A stretch of DNA of 64,000 nucleotides, taken from contig JAHRHZ010000042.1 of NCBI GenBank assembly GCA_024137785.1, positions 23,222,682 through 23,286,681 on the forward strand, given 5' to 3'. The stretch comes from Ginglymostoma cirratum. Its lineage: Eukaryota. A model generated the notes under the pieces. That model had not been told where the DNA came from. It saw only the letters and a program-made list of their open reading frames with translations, and did no database searches. Positions 26,770 to 41,459 of this stretch are shown piece by piece. The translations under genes were made by a program, and so were the position numbers. Each line of letters opens with the position of its first letter. Positions within the stretch are counted from its first letter, which is position 1.

Positions 26770-28980
26770 AATAATCATCTAATGCCTTCTTGAATGCCTC
26801 AGTTGAACCTGCCTCCATCTCAATTCCTGGCAGTGTCTTCAAGATCCTAACTACTTGCTATGTGAAAAGAGATTTTTCTTACAATGCATTTGCTTCTTTT
26901 GCAAATTACCTTTGATGTGTGCCTACTCATTCTGGGTGCTTTTATGAGACGGAAAAAAACTTTCCTATCTGTTCCGTTGAACTCTTTCATGATTTTGAAC
27001 CTCCTATCAAATTTCTTGATCTTCCTCCCTACAAGGAAAGCAATCCGACCTTTGCCAATTTACTTTCTTAATTGAAGTTCATCATTCCTGAAGCCATGCT
27101 AATAAACCTCTCTTTCACTATGTCTAATGCAATTATATCCAATGAATAGAATCCATATAGCATGGAACCAGTACATTGAGCCCAACAAGTCCACACTGAC
27201 ACTCCCATCAGAATCCCACCCAGACGCATCTCCCTAACCCTTCATTTCCTATGGCCAACACATCTAACCTACACATCTTTGGATTGTGGAAGGGTTCCAG
27301 AGCACCCAGAGGAAACCCACACAGTCACAGGGAGAATGTGCAAACTCCCCAGAGACAGTTTCCCAAGGATGGAACTGAACCTGGGTCCATAGTGCTGTGA
27401 GGCTGAGTCTGATGTGAAGCAGCAGTGCTAACCACTGAGCCACCATGCTGTTCTTCCATAGCCTTCCATAACTTGGCACCCAAAACTGTACACCATATTC
27501 AAACTGAGGTCTAACTAGTGACTTATACAAGTCCAACATCACTTCCTTGTTCCTGTACTCCTTGGCTGTTTTTTGTTAATAAACCTTAGGATACTGTATG
27601 ATTCATTTTCCGATCTGCTGTATCTGCCGTGCCACCTCTAGTGATTCATATTCCCAGGCCTCTCTGCCCCTGCACAGCCTTTAGGATCATGCTCTGTATT
27701 TTATACTGTATCTTCACGTTCTTTCTACCAAAATGTATTACTCACACTCCTCTGCATTGAACTTCATCTGCCACCTATCTGCCCACACACCAATCTGTGT
27801 GAAAAACTGGTCTATGTTCTTGTAGTCTTACATACTTCTTCTCACAGTTTATGATGCTTCCAAGCTTTGCGTCATCTGCAAACTTGGAAATTATCCCCTG
27901 CACACCAGGATCTGTATGATTAATATATAATCATCTTCATGAACATGCAATATTATGCAACATATTAATATATATCAGGATAAGCAAGGGTCCCAAAACT
28001 GATACCCTAGGAACTCCACGATAAAATTTTGTCCAGCCCCAAACGTTTCCACTAACTATCACTCTTTGTTTCTTGTCACTCATCCAATATTCTATCCATG
28101 TTGCTACTGTCATTCTTAATCCACAAGATATAACCTTTTTTCACAATTCTCTTGAACAAATTTTGGAGGTCCATGTACACTACATCAACAGCATTATCAT
28201 CATCAGCTCTCTCTGCTACTTCTTCAAAAAAATTCTGCAAGTAAATTGTACACAATTTTCTCTTAAGAAATATGTGCTGGAAGATACCTAGTTATCCCAA
28301 TTTTTTCCCTGTTACTATTAATTCTACCAACATAATTATTGCAAGAAATTTTCCCACCACTGTAGTTAAACTGGCAGGTCTGTAATTGCTGGGCTTATTC
28401 TTACAACTTTTATGGACACAATTCTCCAATCTTCTGATACCACTCCCAAGGCTAAGGAGTACTGAAAGATTATTGCCTGTGTCTCTGCAATTCCCACTCT
28501 TACTTCCTTCAATATCTTTGGATGAACTTCACCCTCCCAATGCCCTATTAACTTTGAGCAGAGATTGCCAATCCAATATCTCCTGTTTATCAATTCTAAA
28601 CTCTTCTAGCGACTGAGTCACCTCCTCTGTATCCATGCTCTGGGAGACATGTTCTTCCTTACTAATACAAATGTAAATATTAATTTAACAACTTTGCCAT
28701 GCCCCTTCCTTCATGTGTAAATTCTGTTCCCTAATTAACTCTTCTCAACCTTTTGCCATCCTGATATTATTATTGCGACTATGGAAGACTTTGGGATTCC
28801 CCTTCATGTTAGCTGCCAGTCTTTCTTTTGCCAGTCTTTCTTTACAATCTCTCTGTGCTACTCTTCTTTAATTTTTCTCCTCCCCTCTGAAACTTATGTT
28901 TTCAGCTGGTATTCAGTCGTATTTTCTACCTGACACCTGATGTAAGCACATCTTTTCCATCTTTATCTTAATCTCTCTAT
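26770..28980 (-). mobile_element. Degraded CR1 LINE with an inserted HE1 SINE
   Basis: LYKSLVRPQFEYGVQFW and HPKILKEV..EDWR remnants. Confidence 0.75.
27155..27450 (-). mobile_element. HE1/V-SINE
   Basis: gcagcagtgctaaccactgagccacc and gagaatgtgcaaactcc. Confidence 0.8.
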
Positions 28981-29946
28981 ATACTTATAATCTAGTAAGG
29001 TCTACATTTATTTTCCCTCCCTTTGCCTTTTGAGGGAGTTTCTCTCATCTCTATCTGAGCCATGTCTGTTAATCAACAGCGGATCTGCAAAAAAATCTGT
29101 TCACATTATGACATTGTAATAGTTTAATTCTCGGCTTAGTTAGTGAAAATTGAATAAATTAAATGTGCATCGAGAAAAGAACAGAAAACCTTATGTCTTG
29201 GTATTCACAAACTTTGCATCAGTTAAACTTCTCAAACATTTAGTTACTTGAGAAATGTGAATGGAATATTATTCCAGGTCTATTATAATCAGTCACTTAT
29301 CTTGCCGGTCAACTAGTATCGCATGAAAATCCCTTTTCTAAACAGTATGGATACAACATGGGAGATGGGAAGATAATTCTTAATGCAGTGTAGTCATGAT
29401 GTAGGCAACACAGATATGCTTTGGCATCTGATTATTAGAAGCTTAAAGAGGATGCTTATAATGATCTTCATATTGTACTTTTGCAGCTATTCAAAATTAG
29501 CAACAATTAACAAATTATATTTCGAAGGTTCAAAGATATTGTAATAATTACATTTTGTTTATCTGAATCCAACTTATGTTCATTTTTTAAAGAATTACAT
29601 GTATTTGTATGGGCCTTTTAAGCTTTACTGAGGAAAAGATTCCACAGATTTCTGTTTACCCTCACAGTGTCAGCTGCGTCTTAATTGGTAGAACTCTCAC
29701 TTTTGAATCAGAAAATTGTGAATTCAAGCCCTCTGCTGAGACTTCTGCACAGCAATTTAGGCTGACATTCACTGCAGTACTGAGGGAACGCTGTACTGTT
29801 GGAAGTGTCATTTTTTTGAGTAAGAGATAGTAGGCCAAGACTCTGTTCCCTTGTCAGATCAAAGTAAAAGATTCCACACAACAAGGGAGTAATCTAAGGA
29901 TTGTCATCAATATTTAACCCCCAATCAACATCACAAAATGTCATCA

Positions 29947-30040
29947 TTTCTGAAGAAGGGTCCCTCCTCAAAACATCAACTTTCCTGCTCCTCTGATGCT
30001 GCCTGGCCTGCTGTGTTCCTCCGGCTCCACACTGTGTTAC
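29947..30040 (+). mobile_element. Solo Penelope pseudo-LTR fragment inserted in an older SINE
   Basis: ttctgaagaagggtcc...ctcctctgatgctgcctggcctgctgtgttcc. Confidence 0.75.
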
Positions 30041-31429
30041 CACTAATATAATGCTGTTTGTGAAAGGCATTGGTTGGCTGGATAAGATGCAGAGTGACAC
30101 CAACAGCTTAGGCTCACTTCCTGTACTGGTTATGGTAACTATGAAGGTCCAATCCTTCCAAACTCATCCTTTGCCTGTGGTGCAGTGACTCTCAGGTTAA
30201 ACTCACTACCAATTGTCTCTCTATCTAATGAGAGAGCAGCCATAAGGAACTATGGTGATTTCATGTTGCTGCTTGTGGGAGTTTAGTTTTGGGCAAATAG
30301 GCTGCAGTGATGCCGACATCAATGACAACACTTCATTAAGCATTATCTTTGAACATCCTAAGTTGTTTTCTTTTTATTTCTCACTTCTGATGTGAGGCTT
30401 TCTTTGTAACCATTGGTTGGTAACTTGCAAAACAATTTTAGTCATGGAACATTTCAAGAAATTTCTATGATAACAGAAACCCATGATGAAGCAACAAAAT
30501 ATTGACATTACAGAGGTCTGCCTACTCTTAATTATTCAGAAAGAAACTCATTCAACTGAAATGTTACATGTGTTAATATATCTGATTCTAAAAAATTATC
30601 AGCACACCCTGTGTCAATGGATTTATTGTGTCATTTGCCCTAATCACAGATCCCACTCTATTTCCTTCATGTAATATCATCATGCACATAAGAACACCGA
30701 GCATTTCAAAAGAATGAAAGGTTTATACTTTGTATGAAATATAAAGATGTAAAGCGTGATAGGTCACTGATTGAGGTCTGCTGATTTCTTGTCTGATTCA
30801 CAGGACTGTTCTGCAGGTAAATCTAACTTCGTACTCCAGTCTGATTCTCAATTACAAAGGCTGCAGTAAATCACTTTTTAAAATTATAAAATGTATTGCT
30901 CGAAGCACAATGAGCAAGAAATGCAAAAGCAAAACTACTGACCTTTCCATCTTTGCAGAGTTCGTGGTTTTGTCTAACCGTACGTTTCAAAAAAGCAGAT
31001 AAGTAACTGAATGTATAGTTGACAGTACTTTAGCGTGTGACATCCTTTGTCACCATCCTTTGGAAACGAAGGACACTTTCTTATGTGTAATACCAAAATT
31101 TTGCACATACAGCCTCATGCTATCATTTAAAAACAACTTTTGGATGAAAAAGTATTGTATTTGGGAAATATTTGGAATTTAATATGCTATTAAATTGTAT
31201 CTTATTTGCCTAAGTAGCAATAAATTGGCTTTGGGTGTACGTAAAGTTTATATCATTGGTTCCATTGCTACGGGATGCTTTTGTCGTTAATCAATAAATT
31301 AATATGTATTAATTTTTTTAAAAACAGCCCATTCAAATTCCAAAAAAAGTTACATGATTCACTTTTTAAAACTATTCTTTTAAGTCCCTCAGGTAGCAAA
31401 TATAGACCCAGAACATTACATTGTTATCT

Positions 31430-31560
31430 GAGATAGTAAGGACTGCTGATGCTGGAGTCAGAGATAACATAGTGTGGAGCTTTATTTTCTGAGGAAGGGC
31501 CCCAACCCGAAACATCAACTTTCCTGCTCCTCTGATGCTCCTCCAGTTCCACACTGTGTT
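31430..31560. mobile_element. Rearranged (inverted) Penelope pseudo-LTR fragment
   Basis: gatgctggagtcagagataac followed by tctgaggaagggccccaacccgaaacatc. Confidence 0.7.
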
Positions 31561-34104
31561 AACACTACATTGTTATGTTTGGAGCTCTAATTCCCATTTA
31601 CATTTTATAATACATTTTTATGGGTTTTAGTATCACTGATTAGAAATTCATATTGGTTTGTAGTGTAGCATTACCCAGTGCCAGTTATTCATTCCAGCTT
31701 TTAGTACATGGTTGAGAGATGCAATAACCTTGGTTTGTCACAATTGATCAATAGTCTTTCTAATCTAACACATACTCTTAAAAAAAAACTTACATTTTAA
31801 GAAGTGTCTATAAGATAAATGGGTGATTCAAACCCTGCTGTTGATACCAATAAAATGAGGGGTTTAAATGGACAACACAACAGACCTGGAGGCTGATGGA
31901 AGGAGCACTCAAAAACACATTAATAGGAAACTAGGGCAGCTAGAAGACCCTTGATTATAGCACTGGTTTAGTGGGGGTACAGTATCTCATCCAAGAAGAA
32001 ACGACAACAGGGAAATCATAACCAGGAGGCGGGCAATCAATGAATATTTTTTAGGGAGAGATCTGTTTCGGTATTCTGTATTTCAAAATTTCAGAAATCC
32101 ATTTTGGAGTTGAGATAATGGATCAGAAAGGATTTTTTTTTCTGTTTCACGAAATGACCACATTATCAAGAGAAACATAATACCATGTCAAAGTATTTAA
32201 TATTAAGAGTAGCCTAATGGCACTTTTCACAATAATTGCTTACGGAACATGAAAGGCAATCAATAACAATTAATTATGAGTTTTATCCTAATTTATTAGC
32301 TTAAAGACAGATCACCTCATTTGATATTTGTGAACTAAAAAAATGCAGGTTTGGAATATGGTTGGAGCTGTAGTGCAAGCTGCGGGTTGTAGGATGCAAC
32401 CATGACAAGTTGGCAATGGAGGACCTATACATTTGAGGTTGGCAGAGTCTTGACCAAGCAGCCCATTATCTCTGGGTCACTCAGTAAGAAGTACCTTCTT
32501 CGAGAAGAGATGGAGTTTATGAGGGCCTAATTGTGCTTCGGATCAGTATAGTGACTTCCCAGAATATTGTTGGTGGGGAGACTCGGTCAAGAGCTTGACT
32601 GTCAAGGTAATGCCATTGAACTGTTTCTTTATGAAGATGGTTATTATTTGGCACTTGTGGCATGAATGTTGTTTGCCTCTTTTCAGCACAAAGTTGAATG
32701 TTGTCCATGCCTTGATCCATGTGGGCATGAAATAAAGAATGTACTTATTACTGAAGAATTCTGAACGAAACTCTTTCACCATGAGTGAACAGTTTATATC
32801 TGACCTTATGTTGGAGGCAAGGTCACTTATGAAGCATCTGAAGATTGCTGGATTTACGATTCTGGCCTGAGAGACTATGCAGTGATGTCCTGAGGTTAAG
32901 ATGCCTGGCCTCCAATCACAACCAGCTTGGTTTGTGTCAGGTGGCATTGCAGTCAATCCCATTGACTTCACTTTGACAGGGGCTCCCTTGTTACCACAGA
33001 CAAACAAATGGTGTCTCAATGTCAAGGACAGCTGCACTCATAAAACCTCTAGAATTCAAATCTGATATTCAAGGCTGCAAGGAGGACTGGAGCTGAATGA
33101 GCTCTGGTGGGATCCATATGTTCAACAGCAACATACTTTTGGTATGCAGATATTAAAGCTGTGGCATTCATGCACTGTTGCATAATGGGAAATAGAAGAC
33201 CTATAAAATGGAATTTAGGTTCATACAGTATCTCTTACCTGCACTATTAGACACTAAAATCTGTGTCTTTAGAAAATGCCAGTTGTCTAACATTCACAAC
33301 AACTCACAACATATTCCCTAAGTCTGTGACATCACACATTTCAAACTCTCTGCTTATCAGAAACACCCAGTTCTAAGCTATTAGATATTTTCAGCTCTGT
33401 GATATCTACAACCACCTACTGGCCCGTGCCATCAAATATTCTTGGCTTTGTTAGAAAAATCATATTTCTGCCAGCAATGCTCCATATCCCTCAGTAGCTA
33501 CTCCAATCCTCAGTTAACTATTAAAGTACTGAACGCATGTAATTCTCGAGGAGCTAAATGCAGCCATATGAAAAGTATCAGTACATAACATCTACCAGTA
33601 ATAGCTAATGCCACATAATTTTCATTGGTGTTTCAATTTGAGTCACATCCAAAGATTTTAAGCAACAAATGTTTCAATATTTTCTCTAGCTCTGACCAAC
33701 ACTTAGATACTTTCAGTAAATGTGAGTCACAAATCATTTAATACGTTCACCAGTGAATAATATCGTTTTAACATTCTGTTGAATATGCATTTTGCTGACA
33801 TTTAGTTATGTAAAGTTAGTAAAAAGGATAGAAATGAATGCCGGGGTTTTTTTTTGTCAAGTTGAAATAATTTTATTCGTACTGTTCTAATCTCAGCTGA
33901 TCATAATATTTGACAAATCAGATTCCAGAATAAAACCTGGCTCGAAAGCTCATTTATTTGATTTTTGTAGTTTGTGAACATGGTGATTATACGCTAAAAC
34001 ATATACAGACAAGGCTGCAGACATACTTTAACAACAGAGCATAACTTTACTAAGCAAAACAAAATGAGGAAAATAAAAGTTATGCATATATATATCGAAG
34101 ACTC

Positions 34105-36595
34105 AGTGTTTACAGTGGAGAAGGATATGGAAGCTAGGGAACTTGGGGAAGTAAATAGTGATATCTTGAAAAGTGTCCATATTACAGAGGAGGAGGTGCT
34201 GAACGTCTGAAAATGCATAGAGGTGAATAAATGCCCAGGACCTGATCAGATTTTCCCCGAGAACTTTGCGGGCAGCTAAGAAAGTCATTGCTGGGACTGT
34301 TGCTGAGAAATTTCGATCTTGATAGCCGGAGGTGAGGTGCTGGAAGATTCGAGGTTGGCTAAAGTGGAGCTGTTATTGAAGAAAGGTGGTAAGGAAAAGC
34401 CAGGAAACCATAGACTGATGAGTCTGATGTCAGTGGTGGGTAAGTTATTGGAGGGGACTCTGAGGGACAGGATTTACATAGAAACATAGTGGATAGGAGT
34501 ACGAGGAGGCCATTAGGCTCTTTGAGCCTGCTCTGCCATTCATCATGATCATGGCTGAATGTTCAACTCAATAACCTAATCCTGCTTTCTCCCCATAACC
34601 TTTGATCCCATTCACCCCAAGTACTATACCTATCTGCCTCTTGAATGCATTCGATGTTTTGGCATCAATTATTTCCTGTGGTAATGAATCCCACAGGCTC
34701 ACCACTCATTGCATGAAGAAATATCTCCTCATCTCTCTCCTGAATGGTGTATCCCCAATCCTCAGACTGTGACCCCTGGTTTTGGACACACCCACCATCG
34801 GGAACATCCTGTCTGCATCTACCCTGTCTAGCCCTGTTAGAATTTACAAGTCTCTATGAGATCCCCACTCATTCATCTGAACTCCAGCGAAAACAGTCCT
34901 AACCTAGTCAATCTATCCTCATACGTCAGACCCGCCATCTTCAGAATCAGCCTGGTAAACCTTCGCTGCACTCCCTCTAGAGCAAGAGCATCCTTCCTCA
35001 TAAAAGGAGACCAAAACTGCACACAATACTCTAGATGTAGCTTCACCAAGGCCCTGTATAGCTGCAACAACACATCCTTGCTCCTGTACTCGAAACTTCT
35101 CGCAATGAAAGCCAACATACCATTTGCCTTCTTTACCACCTGCTGCACCTGCATGCTTACCTTCAGTGACTGGTGCACAAGGACTCCCAGGTCTCACTGC
35201 ACACTCCCCTCTCCAGAATTACAGCTATTCAGGTAGTAATCTTCCTTCTTATTTTTGCTTCCAAAGTGAATAACCTCACATTTATCCAAATCGTACTGCA
35301 TCTGCCATTGCTTTGCCCATGTATTTGGAAAGGCAAGGATCGATTAGGGATAGGCAACATGGCTTTGTGCATGGGAATTCATTAACCTGATTGAGTCTTT
35401 TGAAGAAGTGATGAAGAAGAATGATGAAGGCAGAGTGGTGGATGTTGTCTATATAGACTTTAGAAAGGCATTCGACAAGGTTCCATATCGTAGATTGGTT
35501 AGCAAGGTTAGAAAACATGGAATACAGGGAGAACTAGCTTCTTAGATGCAAAATTGGCTCAAAGGTAGGAGACAAAAGGTGGTGGTGGAATGTTGCTTTT
35601 CGGACTAGAAGCTTGTGACCAGCAGTGTGCAGTAAGGATTAGTGCTGGGTACACTACCTATTGTCATTTATATAAATGATTTGGATGTGGATTTAGGAGG
35701 AATGGTAAGTAAGTTTGAGATGGCACCAAAATTGGTGATGTAGTGGATAGCAAAGAAGTACAACAGGACCTTGAAGAGATGGGCAAATGAGCCAACCAGT
35801 GGAAGATGGAGTTTTATTTAGATAAATGTGAAATGCTGCATTTTGGTAAGGCAAATCATGGCACTTAATGGTAAGGTTCTGGGGAGTGTTGCTGAACAAA
35901 GAGACCTTGGGATGCAGGTTCATAGTTCCTTGAAAGTGGAGTTGCAGGTAGACAGGTTAGTGAAGAAGACGTTTGGTATGCTTGCTTTGGTCAGTGCATA
36001 GAGTATAGGAGTTGAGAGGTCAGGTTGCAGCTGTTACAGAACATTGGTTAGGCCACTTTTGGAACACTGCATTCAATTCTGGTATCCCTGTTATAGGAAA
36101 GATGTGGTGAAACTTGAAAGGATTCAGAAAAATTGACAAGGATGTTGCTAGGGTTGGAGGGTTTGAGCTATAGGGAGAGGCAGAATAGGCTGCCTCCATT
36201 TTCCCTGGAGCATCAAAGACTGAGGGGTGACCTTATAGAAGTTTATGAAATTATGAGGGGCATGGATATGGTGAATAGCCAAGGTCTTTTCCCAAGGGTG
36301 TGGGAATCCAAAACTAGAGGGTATAGATTTAAGGTGAGAGGGGAAAGATTTAAAAGGAACTTAAGGGACAGTTTTTTTCTTGCAGGGGATGGTGCATGTG
36401 TAGAATGAGCAATCGAGGGTGTGGTACAATTGCAACGTGTAAAAGGCATCTGAATGGATATATGAATAGTAAGGGTTTGGAAGGATATGGGCCAAATGCT
36501 GGCAAGTGAGACTAGATTAACTTAGAATACCTGGTCAGCACGGATGAGTTGGACTGAAGGGTCTGTTTCCATGCTGTACATCTCTATGACTCTCT
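34105..36595 (+). mobile_element. CR1 LINE (RT region to 3' end) interrupted by an antisense CR1
   Basis: Remnants KCPGPD, VYIDFRKAFDKVP and LRGDLIEVYEIM; ctatgactct tail. Confidence 0.88.
34480..35320 (-). mobile_element. CR1 LINE 3' part nested in the opposite orientation
   Basis: ORF 34873..35178: KANGMLAFI...LEYCVQFWSP...RLGLFSLE. Confidence 0.88.
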
Positions 36596-39500
36596 GAGAG
36601 AAAGATCATAACACAAACAACAAAGTTTCAACCTGTTTACAATGACATTTGTAACAGAGACTTAATACCAGATAAATATCACTCTTTTCTTAACATTTTA
36701 CATTTTAAACAGCTGATTCTTTTCAATTTCTTTCTCTTGAACTGGTAAGTCCTTTCTTTTAATGATTCCTTTCCAAATCTCCTCACATAAACTTCTCACT
36801 GTTTCAAACTCTTTCATTTCTAACACATAGCAGACCTTTATCCAACTTCCACAACTTCAAAGTTCCATAGACTAGGAACCACTTCTGCTGAGGTAACTGG
36901 TTTCTCTCAAACAAACTGAAAAGCTGTTCTCCTTCTAGGAGAAAAAAAAAACTGAATTCTTCTGAACTAAACTTGCAACCTTCAGTTCTGAAGATAAAAC
37001 TAAACCAATTGTCTTAATGTTCTTACTCTACAAGTAATCACATTCTTTCTTGGAACTGATGTATTTATATCACAGCTCCAATTTGACTTTCTGACCTTTA
37101 TGAGAAAGACAATCAACCTGCTTCCATTTTAAAATCCAAATTCCAAAAACATAATAGAATATATTTAATAACCTTTTTATCATATAACTAACATAGTCTT
37201 TTGTCCCCCTATTAGTAGCAATGCTTTTTATCTGTCAATCACTTAGTTGAGATACTGATGTTTGCAGACAAATGCTCAATGCATTAGTCTGACATTTCTG
37301 TCTTCCGTTTTCATGTTGGCACTATACCATTTGATGTACAATAGGTTAGTGCGGTCATTAAAGTAGTTCATGAAGGAATACTGTGCTAACTGTTTAACTA
37401 CCAATTAAGTTGAGGTTTCATAAGTGCAACAGTGTCATTTTGGACATCTTTTATTTTCAGACAGTCATGACTTAAATTTTGCAAAGGTCTGAAAAGAGAA
37501 TGAGAAATATCAAGAAATGGTGGTCAGATGACATCACACTATGGTTACAAAAGTCTGTAAATTGTAGGAGAAAAGAAATGCAGAGGGAGGTAAGACATTC
37601 CACACTTCTGAGGTTTTGAAGTGGTAAGTTTTGATTTTGATACGCTATCAATACTGAGAGCAGGAAGTGTATGTAGGACAGTGTATTGGGATCTTGAACA
37701 AGACAGGAAAATTGATAACAAATAAAAAAGAATAATCATAACAAAATGTGAAGTTAAATAATTTCTGATGTACAACAATAAAACGTTCCAGTGCACGACA
37801 GTAATTTCAACTTTAATTGCACTGCAATGCACTGTCCTTTAGGTATAAGAGCAGAAATTGCTTTGACAACACAGCAGGTCTGGAAGCATTTGTGGAGAAG
37901 CAGTTAATGTTTCACATCCAAAGACACTTCTTAAGATTCCAAAGAAAAGTCTTTGAAATCGAAACATTAACTCTGTTTTTCTCTCTGCAGATGCTGTTAG
38001 ACCTGTTCAGATGATTTTTATTTCAATTTTCCAGCATATGAAATATTTTGTTTTTAATTTGACTGCCTTTTAGAAATCTGTGTCAACGGGCCCTGGTTAA
38101 GTCCTGCGTGTAATTTGATCCCATGTTTTGCATCTAGTTATTTATCAACAACTGAAATATGCGTAATATTAATTACAGCTTTAATTTCATATTCACAAAG
38201 GGGACGGACCTTTTCTCACCCTCCAGTCATCCTACACAATTGTCTCGATCGATGTCTTTACAATATTGTCAAAGCCTTTAATGCAACTTTTGCAGATACT
38301 CTCTGCATTCTGACATGTGAGCCGTTGTGTCCCTATGTTTCTTTCATGTTCAGTTTCCACGTAGTAACACTTCTGGTTGAATATTAGAGTTTATAAAATA
38401 TCAACATCCTGGTGGTTACCATTGTTCTGGAACTGAACTGGATTAACCATATAAGTACTGCGGATACAACAGCAGGTCAGAGGCTAGGAATCCTGCAGCG
38501 AGTAAATCACCTCCTGACTCCCTAAAGCGTGTACACTATTTACATAGCACAAGTCAGGAGTATGATGGGGTACTTGCCTGGAATGAGTGCAGCTCTCTCA
38601 CACAAGAAGCTTGACGTGATCCAGGACAAAGCAGCCCTCTTGATCAGCACCACATAGAAACATCCACCCCCTTCACCATGATGCTCAGTAGCAGCACTGT
38701 GTACCATCCACCTCAATATGAATAGCAGAATTCACCATCTTCTAGACTCAAGGCCACTACCATATAGAAGTACAAGGGCAGCAAATACAGGGGAAAACAA
38801 CCAGCACCTGCAGATTCCCCTGCAAGCCGCTCACAATCCTTACTTCTTTATTTTTCTACTTTATTCCTATGACCTATGATGCTGGATTTCTTTTTGTTTG
38901 TTGTTTTTTGTTTCCTAAGAATTTTATCTTAAGTATTTGTACTAGGTAAATTTGTCCCTGGGATTGTGCTGTAACGCAACGGCTATAAACTTTTCACTGT
39001 ACTCATTTGAATACATGGGACGATAAAGCTAATTCAATTCAATCCAATACACTTAGAAATATATTGCTGTGTTGCCGGATCAAAATCCTGGAACTCCCTC
39101 CATAACAGCATTGTGGATCTATCTACATCGAATGAACTGCAGTGGTACAAGAAGGCAGTTGCTATCATTTTCTCAAGGGCAGCTAGGGCAAGGTAATAAA
39201 TGCTGACGCAGCCAGCAACGCTCTTATCCCATGAATCAACTTTGGAAGTTACTGAAGTAAAAGAAAATTGAAATATGGTCAGATTCACCTCTTGCACCAG
39301 AGTCCAACCATGACTGCAAAACAATTAGTAAGTAATAGAAAATGTTGCTTATGTAGTATTTGCAAAAAATCATGTGGTATTTCTAGTTTTATTTATTACC
39401 TAATTTTCTGGTTTAGCAAATGATCACTCAGGTTTCAAAAGTCATAACACAAGTGATGAAAATCAGAGGACTAGGTTTTCAGCACACTGGCAAGCATTTC

Positions 39501-40849
39501 TGATGTGGTGAAAATGATAGAAGTAGCCTGACATCACAAGTACTGCACCCAAATTTGATACTTCCCATCTCTCCAGGTGGCATAATGAGCTCAGTTCAGT
39601 CATCACGCTTATGCAGATTCTGGAAGCAGCTGGACATTTAAATAACCAGCTGCCCACACTGAAATAGGCTTTTAGCGTCAGCGAAATGTAGGACGCAAAG
39701 TGTAGAGACTGACCATGTAACAGTAGGTCTGTTCTCAGTGCATTTCCTTTAGATAGCCAAGATACCCCTTCGGAGAATTGAAATACACATTATCGTTATG
39801 GACTGTCGACACCTTAGGTGTGGAGTCAGGGATCCTTTGGTCATGAGGGGAGTTGTCAGTTGTGCTTTGGAACTATCAACAGGGGAGGACGGGTGTGCAT
39901 AAAAGGTTCGTAAAGACTCAGAATTACTAAGAGATGTCAAGAAATGTATAGAACTGTCAGCTGGCATTTAGAAGTGCCAACCTGTCAAAGAGAGTCCATC
40001 TGTCAAAAAGTCCCAGGAATGTCAACAAGTTTCAAGAAGTGACTAAGAGTTCGACAAGCATTAACCTGTGAAGGAGTGTTAAAATATGTTTTCATTAATG
40101 TGAGTGCTTTGGTAACTACAGTGCAGTCTTTGACATGGAACTTTAAGTAATAGTGTTATATTTTTCCTTTCGGGCATGGGTGCTGAGGATGCTTAATGAG
40201 TTGAGATGATTGTAAAAGAGGGAAAAAGTGGTGGGTGGAAGTAAGCATGAACTTGGCATATGGGAAGAGAGGGCATTGAATATTGGTAAAAGGCATTAGG
40301 TTGCAATGGATGGCATGGGTGGGGTATAGAGTGTGTGGGATGATGAGAGTGGGCAGTGGTAAGCATAAGGGATATTTTACGTTTTAAACACAATTTTTAA
40401 ATGTTGGCAACAGTAGAGTCCTGAGGCAGGCTTTCTGCACAGTCCAACTCAAGAACTTGCAAACTCTTAAACTCTTCCGGGGTCACCCAGCCTAATTCCC
40501 AATCCAGCCCTTGTCCCCAAAGCAAAAATCAGAAATGCATGGCAGCTGATTTAAAGGTTAGATACAGAGCAGGGGCTTTGTCAGCTTCTGTGCGCCCGAA
40601 CCACAAATGTAAGTTTGGCTCAAATGTTTGTAAAAACATCTACAGAGCTTAGCCTGATTTGAAAAGAATACATAAGGCAGTGAAAGAATGGAACATGCAA
40701 AATAAGCTCAGGAGTAAGAACACTTATAAACACATGACGATGAAGGACTATTGTCACACTGGCTAGTGAAAACCACATTGTTTTACAGCTCGCTATTGAT
40801 CTCAATGTAAAGGTTAACACCTATAACCAAAGACTTGCTTTAAGTTTAC

Positions 40850-40951
40850 CTTTTAATTGTCTCTTCCAGATCAGACAAAAGTATATTGCTACCACACTGA
40901 TAAATCCAATAACACCAATGAGTGAAGATACAACGTAAAGCAACCAATGAT
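40850..40951 (-). CDS. Exon 5: transmembrane segment DHWLLYVVSSLIGVIGFISVVAIYFCLIWKRQLK
   Basis: Acceptor atttctttcacag|, donor AAAG|GTAAAC; 102 nt, phase 1-1; about 25 hydrophobic residues with no charged residue, followed by a KR..K stop-transfer. Confidence 0.9.
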
Positions 40952-41459
40952 CTGTGAAAGAAATAATAATTAACCTTGAAGTAATGATGAATGGCAACAG
41001 ATGCAAAATGTAAATAAAATGAATAATATTTAAAATGTTTGGAAATATTTCTGCGAATGTTATATGATTGCAAACTTCAAATTTTTGCTTGACAAAAATA
41101 TTATCATTTTCTTCAGAAATCATTACAACTTTTGTGCCTAACATACACTGCAGTTAGTAGATAAAACTGCACTACATTAGTTTTCTATTTTCTTTTCACT
41201 ACCTTACAAAGCACTGCAGAAAAGCAGAAGGACAGCTTAAATAGATTGATTCACAATGTGTATTAATTTGTAAATGATTAAACATCAGAAATAGGCTTAT
41301 TTACTATAGCTTTAAGTAGTTGAATATTTCAATTTTACAAATTCTGAAACAAATAAAGAAGATGCTAAATATAATTAATCTGTGTTCCTATTTCCTAAAA
41401 TAATTCTTCTGTAACAAGCATCAAGAGCTTTACACATGCATTAGTACATCGATCCTTAC

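Noticed and set aside
33239-33286. Candidate mini-exon with a CAG|GTAAGA donor
   Set aside because: Ambiguous, weak acceptor and no informative peptide
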